A DNA stretch of 32,000 nucleotides from Methanosphaera stadtmanae DSM 3091 (GCF_000012545.1 NC_007681.1:690001-722000), one strand, 5' to 3'; counted from the first letter of the stretch, positions 9,545 to 20,168 are shown. Program-made: numbers and translations. The notes: generated by a model not told the origin, from the letters alone.

Positions 9545-9828
9545 ATTTTTTTTACTCCATTATTACCTTCTCATAATTTTATTGTTTAAATATTTGAAAA
9601 AGATAATATTTATAATTAAATAAGAATAATAAATTGTTACTCATTATAAAAAAAAGTTAGGAAGTTTTATTATTTTATGAGTTATATTCATTGATTTTAT
9701 TAATTTTTATAATATTATATTAAATTATTTACATTTTTTTGAATGATTATTAACATTAAATAATTATAGTATGAAGTAATAAATATTATATTTAAATAGG
9801 AGAATAATTTATAGGAGAATAATAAATT

Positions 9829-10287
9829 ATGTTAGGCGAAAAAGAATTATTAAAGTTATTTCCAGAGTATTCAGACACAATACAACCTTCAGGTATTGAT
9901 TTAAGAATGGATAAAATATATAGACAAGTCGGTTCTGGTTCACTAATTGATAATGAGAAAAATCTACCAGAAATTGAAGAACTGGAATCTGTAGATGATA
10001 TTTATACTTTAGAACCAAAAACAGCATATAGTGTTACTATAGAAGGTAAAATTGAAATACCTACAGGTTATACAATGTTATATCTTCCAAGATCAACACT
10101 TCTTCGTTCTTTTATCAGTGTACATACTGCTGTTGGAGATCCTGGATTTTATGGAACTTTACAATTTATGATTGTTAATAATGGTCAGTATCCCTACAAG
10201 ATAAAAAAAGGTGAAAGAATAGCTCAAGCAGTTGTATTTCCAGTAGAAGGATCTGGTAAATATAATGGATCTTATCAGGAAAAATAA
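9829..10287 (+). CDS. dUTPase / dCTP deaminase-family protein (size fits archaeal dUTP diphosphatase)
   Basis: 152 aa with QPSGIDLR, AVGDPGFYGTLQFMIVN and GERIAQAVVF motifs of the dCTP deaminase/dUTPase beta-barrel family. Confidence 0.7.
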   Translation: MLGEKELLKLFPEYSDTIQPSGIDLRMDKIYRQVGSGSLIDNEKNLPEIEELESVDDIYTLEPKTAYSVTIEGKIEIPTGYTMLYLPRSTLLRSFISVHTAVGDPGFYGTLQFMIVNNGQYPYKIKKGERIAQAVVFPVEGSGKYNGSYQEK

Positions 10288-10304
10288 GTTAGTGGAGTGT
10301 TTTT

Positions 10305-11894
10305 ATGAAGAAAGATAAAAATATTGCACAGTTTTTAATTGATAAATTAGAATCTAATGGTGTTGAATATGTATTTGGATATCCTGGAGAACAAGTACTT
10401 CCAATATATGAAGCACTACGTAAATCCAATATAAAACATATATTGATGAGACATGAACAGGCAGCAGCACATGCAGCTGATGCTTATGCAAGAATTACTG
10501 GAAAATATGGTGTATGCTTAGCAACAGCAGGACCTGGAGCAATGAATCTTGTTATGGGTGTATCTGCTGCTTATAAGGATAATGTGCCTTTGATTGTTAT
10601 AACAGGGGATGTTTCATCAGATGTTAAGGGTGAAGACACATTTCAAGATATGGATATTAATGCAGTTTTTAAACCAATAACTCTTAAATCATATAATTCA
10701 AATACACCTGAAAAATTAGAGAATAATATTGAAGAAGTATTTTCATATAATAAACAGGGTATCACTGGTCCATTCCATATTAATATCTCAAAAGATATAC
10801 AAATTAGGCCAATGAATGTAGACCATAAGGTAATAGAATCAAGAAAAATTAAGTTACCTCTTGAATATGATATTAAAGATACAATAAAATCAATAGAAGA
10901 TGCTAAAAAACCGTTAATAATTGTAGGTTCTGGAATTATTTATGCAAAGGCATTTGAACAACTAAATACATTCATAGATAAAACAGAGATACCTCTAGTA
11001 ACAACATACTCTGCAAGGGGAATAATACCAGAAACAAATGATAAAAATTTAGGACTAGTTGGAACACGTGGAACAAAAGAAGCAAACTATGCCTCCGAAG
11101 AAGCAGATTTAATACTAGCACTAGGAACAAGACTATCAGATAGAACAAGAAGTCATATAAATACAAGTAACATAATACAAGTAAATACAAAAAATCAACA
11201 AAAAAATGCAGAGATATTCTATCAAAATCATATAAAAGAATTCTTAGAAGAATTAAATAAAAATAAATTACCAAAAACAAGTAAAAATTGGATTGAAGAA
11301 ATATTATCACAAAAAGACACAACACCAAAAAAATATGCACAAACAGAAAAACTACATCCAGAAAAAGCAATACAAACAATACTAAAACAATTAAATGAAA
11401 ATGTGACAATAACTCTAGATGCTGGAACAACACCAACATACTTTACAATAGATTCAAAACTCAATAAACATTCACAAATGCTATTTCCAGGGGGTCTTGG
11501 ACCAATGGGATATTCCCTACCTGCAAGTATAGGAGCATCATTTGCAAGACCAGATGATATAATCTTTGCAACAACAAGTGATGGTTCAGTACAAATGACA
11601 ATAGAAGAATTAGCTGTAATAAGCACATATCAACTACCAATAATAATATTCATTATAAACAACAATGTACTTGGAATAATAAAACAATGGCAAGAAATGG
11701 CCAATACTCCTAAATATCAAGTGGATTTAAAAAATCCTGACTTTGTACAAATAGCAAATGCTTATAGTATTGAAGCAGACAATATAACATCACTTAAAAC
11801 TCTTGAAACAAAGTTAGAAGAAGCTATAAAAGATAGAAAACCACATTTATTCAATATAAATGTTGAAGATATACCAATTCCACTACCAAAATAG
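10305..11894 (+). CDS. Thiamine-pyrophosphate enzyme, acetolactate synthase large-subunit-like
   Basis: 529 aa with the N-terminal PYR domain FGYPGEQVLPIYEAL...RHEQAAAHAADAYAR and the C-terminal TPP-binding motif SDGSVQM...(x)...IINNNVLG. True substrate not assignable. Confidence 0.8.
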   Translation: MKKDKNIAQFLIDKLESNGVEYVFGYPGEQVLPIYEALRKSNIKHILMRHEQAAAHAADAYARITGKYGVCLATAGPGAMNLVMGVSAAYKDNVPLIVITGDVSSDVKGEDTFQDMDINAVFKPITLKSYNSNTPEKLENNIEEVFSYNKQGITGPFHINISKDIQIRPMNVDHKVIESRKIKLPLEYDIKDTIKSIEDAKKPLIIVGSGIIYAKAFEQLNTFIDKTEIPLVTTYSARGIIPETNDKNLGLVGTRGTKEANYASEEADLILALGTRLSDRTRSHINTSNIIQVNTKNQQKNAEIFYQNHIKEFLEELNKNKLPKTSKNWIEEILSQKDTTPKKYAQTEKLHPEKAIQTILKQLNENVTITLDAGTTPTYFTIDSKLNKHSQMLFPGGLGPMGYSLPASIGASFARPDDIIFATTSDGSVQMTIEELAVISTYQLPIIIFIINNNVLGIIKQWQEMANTPKYQVDLKNPDFVQIANAYSIEADNITSLKTLETKLEEAIKDRKPHLFNINVEDIPIPLPK

Positions 11895-11906
11895 GTGTTT
11901 AAACCC

Positions 11907-11932
11907 CATAACTACCTTTAGGGGTAGTTATG
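11907..11932 (+). terminator. Perfect 10-bp hairpin immediately after the TPP-enzyme stop codon
   Basis: CATAACTACC (11907-11916) pairs with GGTAGTTATG (11923-11932) around a 6-nt loop, starting 13 nt after the stop. There is no strong T-run, so terminator function is uncertain. Confidence 0.3.
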
Positions 11933-12591
11933 AAATTATCTCTAGAATAAATTTATCTCAACTCCTCTTTATTTGATTTAATTTTAAACAAAACAATAAT
12001 TATTTAATAATTACATACATCACATTAAACTCTTATTAAAAAGTCTTAAAATGGTGTTGTCGCACACACTTGAAATGATACAAAAAATACCACTAACAGA
12101 AATGATACAAACATATTTGTTATAAAAGTTTAGTAAGTAATTATACACCAAAAAATGAACAACCTAATAGATGTCTACTTCAAAACAATACAACTTCATT
12201 ACTTAAAACGAAGATATAGAACTACAAAAGGATCAATGATAAGATTATGAAAGTGTAAGGATAAGATGAATCCAAAGAATTATACTTAAAAACAAAAAAA
12301 ATCAATCAACAACTTTTTCAATAAAGATATATAAATTTACTATCCTCATAAAGTTTATGTAGTGATATATACGTCTTATTTTCAAAAATAAAAAGATTAT
12401 ATTTCTGTTTTATAAAAAAAATATATCAAAATGATTTTAATAGCTTATTTTTAGTGTTATTATAAAATTCATCATATATTAATCATGATTAATTTTTTTA
12501 CTAATTCCTTTTTTCATATAATGACTCTTTATAGAAAATTCTATGAAATAATATAAATACCTTCTTTTAATTAATTTAAGAATATGAAATT

Positions 12592-12602
12592 CCCCCCCCC
12601 CC
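12592..12602. repeat. C11 (G11 on the minus strand) homopolymeric tract
   Basis: Direct count gives 9 C at 12592-12600 plus 2 C at 12601-12602. The tract lies about 190 nt upstream of the ATG of the 2459-aa adhesin-like gene, in otherwise extremely AT-rich DNA. Confidence 0.9.
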
Positions 12603-12788
12603 TTATTATTTAAGGTCGTAATATTCTTTTAGAACTATAAATTATAATTTAAATTATAATAAAGTATATTTTATAGAGTGTCTATATTAGATCTAACCTA
12701 AGAATTTTCTTAGTAAAATTAAAATTTATTTTAAAGATTAATCTTATTATAAATTTTATATCATTAATATAAATGGAGGAAATAATGA

Positions 12789-15700
12789 ATGAAAAATAAG
12801 AATATATTACTTTTTTCAGTAACAATGCTTATTTTACTACTTGGAATATCAATAGTATCAGCAGCAGACACAAACAACTCATTACCAACAAGTGCACAGA
12901 TTACTAAAGATATAAATACTATAGAAACACCAACAATAACTCAAAGTGATAATAAAGTAGATAGTAATAAAGTTACAGATAATAAAGATACTAACATTCA
13001 AAAGTCTAGTAAAACAATAAAAAACACTGAAATTCAAGATATTACTAAAAAAAGTAATGTACAAACAAGTACAAAAACACTAAAAAAAGATACATCTAAT
13101 GATGTACGTAATGTAACTGATTATAATTCATTAAAACAAACATGGACAGACCTTGATACTAATGGAAATAGTCAGACCAATTACACTATTAATGTTAAAA
13201 ATGGTGAATATAACTTTGATGAATGTCTCTCTATTCAAAACAAAAATCTTACCTATTTAACAGTAATTGGAGAAAATAAAGAAAAAACAATTTTTAATGG
13301 ACAGAATAAAACTCGATTATTCTTCTTAAATAATACTAACTTAAATATTACATTTAAAAATATAACATTTAAAAATGCTGCAGCAACAAATTCATCAACT
13401 AGTGGAGCAGGAATAAATTCAAATGCCCTATTAAATATTGAATGTTGTGCATTTAATAATAATAATCACTTCACTGGTAGTGGAGGAGTACTTTGTGTAA
13501 TGGGTGCTAAAACCACTATAAAAGACAGTAGTTTTAATAATAACTCTGCTAAAGGTTTTGGTGGTGTAATATATTACTTCTCTAAAGGTCAAGTTGTGGT
13601 AGATCATTGTAATTTCACAAGTAATCATGCAAGTAATGGTGGAGTATTTGCAAGGAGTGGATATCCTCCAATGCTCAATGCTTCATACTGTAATTTCATA
13701 AATAACAGTGCAAATTCAAACAGTGTATTATATACCTACTGGTTATATAACACAGCACCACACTACATAACAAACTCCTTATTTATAAACAACACAAAAC
13801 AAACAATAGGTATTTCTGGTCAAAATGATGCTATTATGGTATTGGATAATAATTACTTTGATGGAGAACTAACACCAAGTAATGTTTATAATACTGGTCC
13901 ATTACTCACAGTTAATAATAATATTGGGGTAGTTGCAAATCATAAATCCCAGGGCACTGTATTTACACAGGCTGATAAAAAATTAACATTAAATACTATT
14001 GCTCTTGGAAAATACAGTGATAATAAAGTAACAAGTATTGGATGTAGTGGATATTCTATTCCAATTACAACTGATGCTTCATACATTAATACCACAGGTA
14101 TGGTATTAAGTAGTAGTAATGATTATACAGCAACAATTGATTTAACTAAATTACCTGAAAACTTTGATGACTTCTCAATCTATGCAGATGGAGTTAAAGT
14201 AGCAACAGTCACATATAAAAAGACTGATATTCAATTAAGTCCAATAACTGCAAAAACAGGTAGTACAATAGTAATTAATGCTACATTTACAGAAAATGGT
14301 AAACTTCTTGAAAAAGGAAAAGTAGCATTTAAAATCAATGGAAAAACAATAGGATATGATAATGTATCATTTGGAAAAGCATCCCTTACATATAAACTAC
14401 CTGACTATGCAGCTAAAAAATACAATATTACAGTAGTTTATGGTGAAAATAATAAATATGTATCAGCAAAACAAAATACAACACTCACATTACAAAAATT
14501 AAATACAAAAACAACATTCACAACAAAAACTATTAATGATACATTAAGAATCAATGTAAAAACCATTGATGAACATAATAAAACAGTAAACACTGGTAAA
14601 ATAGCAGTAAAACTCAATGGAAAAACAATAGGTCTTTATAATAATACTGATAGTGTAGATTATAAAATTCCACAATCATGGACAAATAAAAATGTAACAG
14701 TACTTGTAATATATGGTGAAAATTCAGTATATAATACAAGCAGACACCAGGAAAAAATAACAATAAAACAAAACAATCTTAAAAACAAACAAAGCTCAAT
14801 GAAAAAATATGATATTATAGTTAACTACTATGTATCATCTACAGGCTCTGATAGTAATAATGGAACACAAGAAAGTCCATTTAAAACAATTGCATATGCA
14901 ATAAGTAAAACAACGAATGATAAAATTTATAACATCTACCTAACTGGTACATTTAAAGGAGTAGGTAATACTAATCTTACAGTACCAGGAGATTATAAAA
15001 TAAATTTCATTGGACAAAATGCAACAATTGATGGAGAAGCAAACTACACAATAAAAGAAACACTTGATACTGGTGAATACTATTGGGGATCAAGTACCAT
15101 ATGGTATCCATACCTTAATGCTAGTGGTAATTGGGCTATGAATATTACAAAAGGAAATGGTCATATAACAATAAGTAATCTTACAATACAAAATTGTTGG
15201 AGTGCTGGTGGAAGTGACATATCCTTATATAAAACAGCAACAATTGATAACTATGGAAACTTAGAAGTAGATAATGTAAACTTCATTAAAAACTGTGCTG
15301 GAGTAGGAGCAGGAATAAGAAATAATGCTAATGCAACAGTTATAGTAAGAAATTCCATGTTTGATGGAAATAGAAAAGCAAGTAGTACAGGTAACTATGG
15401 AGCAGGATTATATAATAATGGTACAGCAACAATAATAAACAGTACCTTCCAAAACAACCTTGCACGTTGGGGAACTGTAACATCAGACAAAAACTTAACA
15501 ATAATAAACTCTACAATAAGAGATAATATAGGATATGATGGTGGAAGTACATATAAAACAGGAAGTGGAATAACAATAAACACAGGTTCAACAAACTTCT
15601 ATGCTATAGGTTCTATTGGTGGTATCAACACAGTTATTGATGGATGTACATTTATTAATAACGATCAATTAGATGTATCTGCTGATATGGGAAACTTAAA

Positions 15701-18700
15701 CCTTACAAACAACCTATTTAATAGAAGTACTGGTGTAGTTGTACCATCTTCAAGTGCTGGAGAAAATCTTAAAGTTAAATATTATATTTCAAACAACACA
15801 TTCATATCACCAATAGGCTCATCATTATATAACAGTCTATCAAGTACTGATAATGTAACATTAGCACTAAGATTATCAGGTCAATATAACTACACTATTA
15901 CAAACAACAAAGTTGTAGATCTTAGAGGTACTAATTCTAAAGCAATAGAATTAAGTGCTAATCATGCAGTAATTAAAAACAACACTGTAGATAGAAAAAT
16001 CTCAATAAATGGTGATTATAACACAATAACTGATAACAATGTAACAAGTACCCTTGATTTATATGCAGTAGATTTAATTGCAGGTTACAGTAGTCTTGGT
16101 TATAATACAGTAGTAAACAACTACCTTGTAACAGGTGGATTTAAAGGAAATGCTGCAGTAAATTATACACAGAGAACAAATATTGTGGAAAATAACACAC
16201 CTGAAACTTTAAGTATAGAAGTAGATGACACAAACTTCAATAACTTCTTTGATAGTGAAGGTAACTTATTACCAAGCTTTAAAAATGTAGAACAAGTACA
16301 AATAGTTGGAACATTAACAAATAAAAACATTAAAGTTAACAAGGAAATATCAATTTTCCAAACTAATAAAAAATTAACATCATACAACATAACAATAACA
16401 ACAACAGAAAATGGTAGAGTTGATGTAAACTCATTAATAATAGTAAATAACAATAAAAAACCAGTGATAATATTAAATTCACTTAATAATAAAATAGAAA
16501 AAACAAATCTAAAAACAGATAATACTTACACCATAACAACAACAAAAACAAACAACACAATTATAAACAATGAATTAGTAGCAGATATACTTGTAGGAGA
16601 TGAAAGTGTAGATGCACCAGCAGATAATACAATAACTGGAAACACTCCAACATACATAAACTACCTATTATCCAATAAAACATATGATAAATACTTTGAT
16701 GAAAATGGAATAATAAAAAACATATCTACACAAAAAGACATACACTTTGTAGTAGATGGAACAATAGCAAATAAAAATTTCATACTAAACAACAATAGAA
16801 CAATAACAATAACCAACTACAACAATGCATTACTTATTAATTCAACAATAACAACACTAGGAACAACAAATCTTAACATGTCCAATATTGCAATTATAAA
16901 CAAAGATAAAGTTGCAATAGAATTAAATACACCAGCAAACACTATAAACTACAACAACATAACAACAAATACCAATGCAGTAAATATAATAAATTCAACA
17001 AAACTAGAATTTAACTACAACAACATAGTAGTAAATAGTACAAACAATGTATCAGCAATTACTATTAAAGATTCAAATAGTACTGAAAATAACATAAAAT
17101 ACAATAAAATTGAAACATATGGACCTGCAACAGATGTAGACTGGACTACAGGACGTGTTGGAACAACATCAATAGAAATATTAAATACAACTGGAATACA
17201 TTTAGTGTACAACAACATAACAACCACATACAACAGTATAAATGGAAAATATGATACTATATACTCAATAAACATGATAAATCCTGAAATTTCAAGTACA
17301 CCAAATACTCTAATAGACAACCACATATACACATATGGTAATAGTTATGCTTATGGAGTAAACTATATAAATCAAACATCATACCTATCAGGAGGTTCTA
17401 TTACAACAGAAGCTAAAGTACAGGCAACAGGAGCACAAGTTACAACATCAAAATCATACTATTGGTATGCCATCAATGTTTATGGAATTATGAATGTTAA
17501 CTTTATATCCTCAAGTCCAGTAGCATATGGAGTAATACTCTCTGCATGTGATGATTTAGTAACAAGTAGAAATAACTTCAAATTAAATGGAAACACATCC
17601 ATTGGTATTAGTATATATGGTACAAGTAACAACACCATAGAATTTAATGACTTTAAATTAAGTGGAAATTCAACAAAAGCAATAGAAGTAATAAAATCAA
17701 ATGAAATCATACTTAGATCAAACACCATAACAATACTTAGAAATAATCCTAACTATCCAATAGAATTATTAAATACAACAAAAACAGAAATAACAAAAAA
17801 TACAATAATCACACCAACACAATACACAGTACTTGTTGATAAAGACTCAACACTAAACAGTATAACAGACAACATACTCTATGCTGGAGAAACAATTGCA
17901 GATGAAACAGTATTAACACTTAATTCAAACAACAGAGTAAGAAATAATACTCCAACATCAATAACTAACTTCTACTTAAATGATAACACATATGATAAAT
18001 TCTTCTATGCAAATGGAACACTACGCCCAGAAGTACCAACTGGATTAACAATACAATTAACAGGAAGTTTAACTAATAAAGTACTAAACATAACAAGACC
18101 AATAACCATAATAGCAGATAAAACAAATTATATTAACACAACAATAATCATATCCTCAGATAATGTAACAATAAAAGGAGCAGAATTTACTGGAGAAAAC
18201 ACTAAACTAATAGTAAATGGTAATAATAATACTGTTGAAATAATAAGTTTCAATGTTGATAATACACAAAGTAGAAACTTAACACCAATAATAGTAAATG
18301 GTCAAAACAACAACATTAAAATTACATCTACAATGAGAATAAATAGTGATACTAAATTAAATTCAAATATTACAGTTATAACAATAAATGGTAAAAATAA
18401 CACAGTAGATGTTGATGGTATTACTCCATATTATATGAATAATGTAATTGGAATTCTTTTAAATAATGCAGTTTATAATAATGTAAATCTTGGATATATG
18501 TATGCTAGTAACTCTAATGTATCAGAAAATATTGTACTTAGAAATTCAAACTACAACAACATATATACAAGACAATCAGATTGTGGAAATGTGGAAAAAT
18601 ATATTCCTCTAACACTTGATAATTCCTCATACAACAATGTATCAGGATGGTTTAGTCAAGGAAATCCAATTAATACAACAGCATTGATTATTAAAAATAA

Positions 18701-20168
18701 TTCAAATAACAATAAAATCAATGGATTAAGAATATCATTCCGGAATGGTATATTAGATACTCCTATAATCATAGAAAACTCCCATAATAACACAATAGTA
18801 AACTCTCAATTCACATTTGAAAACTATGAAGGATATGTAATTGTAATACGTGAAGGTATGGGAAACCTTATAGAATACAATGTTCTTAAAAGTCTAACAC
18901 TTGATGGAGATATGGCAGTAATACAAGAGAATAAAAATGATACAGTAAATAATATTGTACAATACAACACTGCAACAACAGGTAAACAAGTAAAAATAGA
19001 TCTAACAACACCAACAACTATTCCTATAGATACACCACAAATAACAATAACTGCAAATGTAACAGTAAAAAATGGTACAATGTGGAATTCACCATATGTT
19101 CCAGTAGAACAAGGAACACTTAGTATATACATAAATGGAGTAGAATACACCTACACCATGAATGGTAGTATTATAAGTATGGATTATACCCTAACAGGCA
19201 ATGAAAATGGTCAATTATTCATAGAAGCAGTGTATAAAGATCAAAAAAGAGAAAACAGGTATACAATAGTAAATAAAACCATCACACTAACAAAATACAC
19301 TCCAACAATAATTGTTGGAACCAACACAAACAACTCTACAACAATACTAACAGCAATAATCCTTGATAACAATAAAAATATCATATACAATGGACGTGTA
19401 GCATTTAAAATCAATGGGAAAACAGTAGGACACTCAGAAATTAAAAATGGATTAGCATTACTTGTACTTGATACACGTAACTACAATGTAGGAAACTATA
19501 CAGTAACATGTGTATATGGTGGAAACAACCATTATACAGAAGCAACAGGTGAGAGTATATTAACAATTAACTCTCTTAACATAAAACAAGTAATAATACC
19601 AGTAACTACAAAAACTGGAAGTACAATTACACTCACATCATACCTTACAAGTGATGATAAAACACTAGTAACAAATGGACGTGTAATATTCAAACTTAAT
19701 GGTAAAACACTAAAAGATGAATTTGGAAACATACTCTATGGCTCAGTAACAAATGGTATGGCAAGTATTACATACTCATTACCAAATACAATGGCTGCAA
19801 AAGATTACATACTAACAGCAGTAGCTGCAGGACACAACTATGATAGAATAGAAACAAACACAACATTCACAGTAGAAAAACAAAATACACAAGTAATACT
19901 TAATCCACAACATGTAAAACGTAGCAACAAAACACAAATCACTGCACAAATAATTGATGAAACAGGAAACTTTGTAACAGGAACAACAAAAGTAGCAATA
20001 AAACTCAATAATAAAACAATAGCACATACAACAGCAAGTAATGGAATACTAAATACAACACTTGACTTATCAATATACAAACAATCATACTTTGACTTAA
20101 CAATAGTAGCTGGAGAAAATAACTTATACAACAGTAGTAAATCAACAAATGCACTGATTATCGAATAA
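12789..20168 (+). CDS. Giant secreted adhesin-like protein (2459 aa): signal peptide, multiple parallel beta-helix repeat blocks, Ig-like repeat modules
   Basis: GGAGG lies at 12775-12779, 9 nt before the ATG. The N-terminal signal peptide is MKNKNILLFSVTMLILLLGISIVSA/AD. Long runs of short Asn/Thr/Ile-rich turns (NxxFxNN, NNTxxxN) are typical of pectin-lyase-fold beta-helices. Ig-like modules with the (A/I)FK(I/L)NGKT motif occur at nt 14224-14769 and 19000-20165. The ORF is uninterrupted for 7.4 kb. Confidence 0.85.
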   Translation: MKNKNILLFSVTMLILLLGISIVSAADTNNSLPTSAQITKDINTIETPTITQSDNKVDSNKVTDNKDTNIQKSSKTIKNTEIQDITKKSNVQTSTKTLKKDTSNDVRNVTDYNSLKQTWTDLDTNGNSQTNYTINVKNGEYNFDECLSIQNKNLTYLTVIGENKEKTIFNGQNKTRLFFLNNTNLNITFKNITFKNAAATNSSTSGAGINSNALLNIECCAFNNNNHFTGSGGVLCVMGAKTTIKDSSFNNNSAKGFGGVIYYFSKGQVVVDHCNFTSNHASNGGVFARSGYPPMLNASYCNFINNSANSNSVLYTYWLYNTAPHYITNSLFINNTKQTIGISGQNDAIMVLDNNYFDGELTPSNVYNTGPLLTVNNNIGVVANHKSQGTVFTQADKKLTLNTIALGKYSDNKVTSIGCSGYSIPITTDASYINTTGMVLSSSNDYTATIDLTKLPENFDDFSIYADGVKVATVTYKKTDIQLSPITAKTGSTIVINATFTENGKLLEKGKVAFKINGKTIGYDNVSFGKASLTYKLPDYAAKKYNITVVYGENNKYVSAKQNTTLTLQKLNTKTTFTTKTINDTLRINVKTIDEHNKTVNTGKIAVKLNGKTIGLYNNTDSVDYKIPQSWTNKNVTVLVIYGENSVYNTSRHQEKITIKQNNLKNKQSSMKKYDIIVNYYVSSTGSDSNNGTQESPFKTIAYAISKTTNDKIYNIYLTGTFKGVGNTNLTVPGDYKINFIGQNATIDGEANYTIKETLDTGEYYWGSSTIWYPYLNASGNWAMNITKGNGHITISNLTIQNCWSAGGSDISLYKTATIDNYGNLEVDNVNFIKNCAGVGAGIRNNANATVIVRNSMFDGNRKASSTGNYGAGLYNNGTATIINSTFQNNLARWGTVTSDKNLTIINSTIRDNIGYDGGSTYKTGSGITINTGSTNFYAIGSIGGINTVIDGCTFINNDQLDVSADMGNLNLTNNLFNRSTGVVVPSSSAGENLKVKYYISNNTFISPIGSSLYNSLSSTDNVTLALRLSGQYNYTITNNKVVDLRGTNSKAIELSANHAVIKNNTVDRKISINGDYNTITDNNVTSTLDLYAVDLIAGYSSLGYNTVVNNYLVTGGFKGNAAVNYTQRTNIVENNTPETLSIEVDDTNFNNFFDSEGNLLPSFKNVEQVQIVGTLTNKNIKVNKEISIFQTNKKLTSYNITITTTENGRVDVNSLIIVNNNKKPVIILNSLNNKIEKTNLKTDNTYTITTTKTNNTIINNELVADILVGDESVDAPADNTITGNTPTYINYLLSNKTYDKYFDENGIIKNISTQKDIHFVVDGTIANKNFILNNNRTITITNYNNALLINSTITTLGTTNLNMSNIAIINKDKVAIELNTPANTINYNNITTNTNAVNIINSTKLEFNYNNIVVNSTNNVSAITIKDSNSTENNIKYNKIETYGPATDVDWTTGRVGTTSIEILNTTGIHLVYNNITTTYNSINGKYDTIYSINMINPEISSTPNTLIDNHIYTYGNSYAYGVNYINQTSYLSGGSITTEAKVQATGAQVTTSKSYYWYAINVYGIMNVNFISSSPVAYGVILSACDDLVTSRNNFKLNGNTSIGISIYGTSNNTIEFNDFKLSGNSTKAIEVIKSNEIILRSNTITILRNNPNYPIELLNTTKTEITKNTIITPTQYTVLVDKDSTLNSITDNILYAGETIADETVLTLNSNNRVRNNTPTSITNFYLNDNTYDKFFYANGTLRPEVPTGLTIQLTGSLTNKVLNITRPITIIADKTNYINTTIIISSDNVTIKGAEFTGENTKLIVNGNNNTVEIISFNVDNTQSRNLTPIIVNGQNNNIKITSTMRINSDTKLNSNITVITINGKNNTVDVDGITPYYMNNVIGILLNNAVYNNVNLGYMYASNSNVSENIVLRNSNYNNIYTRQSDCGNVEKYIPLTLDNSSYNNVSGWFSQGNPINTTALIIKNNSNNNKINGLRISFRNGILDTPIIIENSHNNTIVNSQFTFENYEGYVIVIREGMGNLIEYNVLKSLTLDGDMAVIQENKNDTVNNIVQYNTATTGKQVKIDLTTPTTIPIDTPQITITANVTVKNGTMWNSPYVPVEQGTLSIYINGVEYTYTMNGSIISMDYTLTGNENGQLFIEAVYKDQKRENRYTIVNKTITLTKYTPTIIVGTNTNNSTTILTAIILDNNKNIIYNGRVAFKINGKTVGHSEIKNGLALLVLDTRNYNVGNYTVTCVYGGNNHYTEATGESILTINSLNIKQVIIPVTTKTGSTITLTSYLTSDDKTLVTNGRVIFKLNGKTLKDEFGNILYGSVTNGMASITYSLPNTMAAKDYILTAVAAGHNYDRIETNTTFTVEKQNTQVILNPQHVKRSNKTQITAQIIDETGNFVTGTTKVAIKLNNKTIAHTTASNGILNTTLDLSIYKQSYFDLTIVAGENNLYNSSKSTNALIIE

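Noticed and set aside
9258-9623. 121-aa plus-strand ORF
   Set aside because: It is antisense to the DUF368 membrane protein gene, which has a clear duplicated PGISG signature. The ORF has no RBS or motif support.
9796-9823. Direct duplication of the 13-mer ATAGGAGAATAAT (9796-9808 and 9811-9823) upstream of the dUTPase-family gene, giving two Shine-Dalgarno-like GGAG sites
   Set aside because: It is a real repeat but very short. Only the second copy is correctly spaced from the ATG at 9829. There is no evidence of function beyond a local duplication.
10972-11626. Two minus-strand ORFs (155 and 132 aa) inside the TPP-enzyme gene
   Set aside because: They are shadow ORFs opposite a gene with clear TPP-enzyme motifs. 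Their products are Leu/Phe-rich and low-complexity.
12061-12115. CACACTTGAAATG resembles the mini-ORB (origin recognition box) words reported for Methanothermobacter-type replication origins, with a nearby GAAATGATACAAA duplicate
   Set aside because: Only one good ORB-like word and one partial copy are present. There is no inverted arrangement around an unwinding element and no orc1/cdc6 gene in the window. The evidence is insufficient to call an origin.
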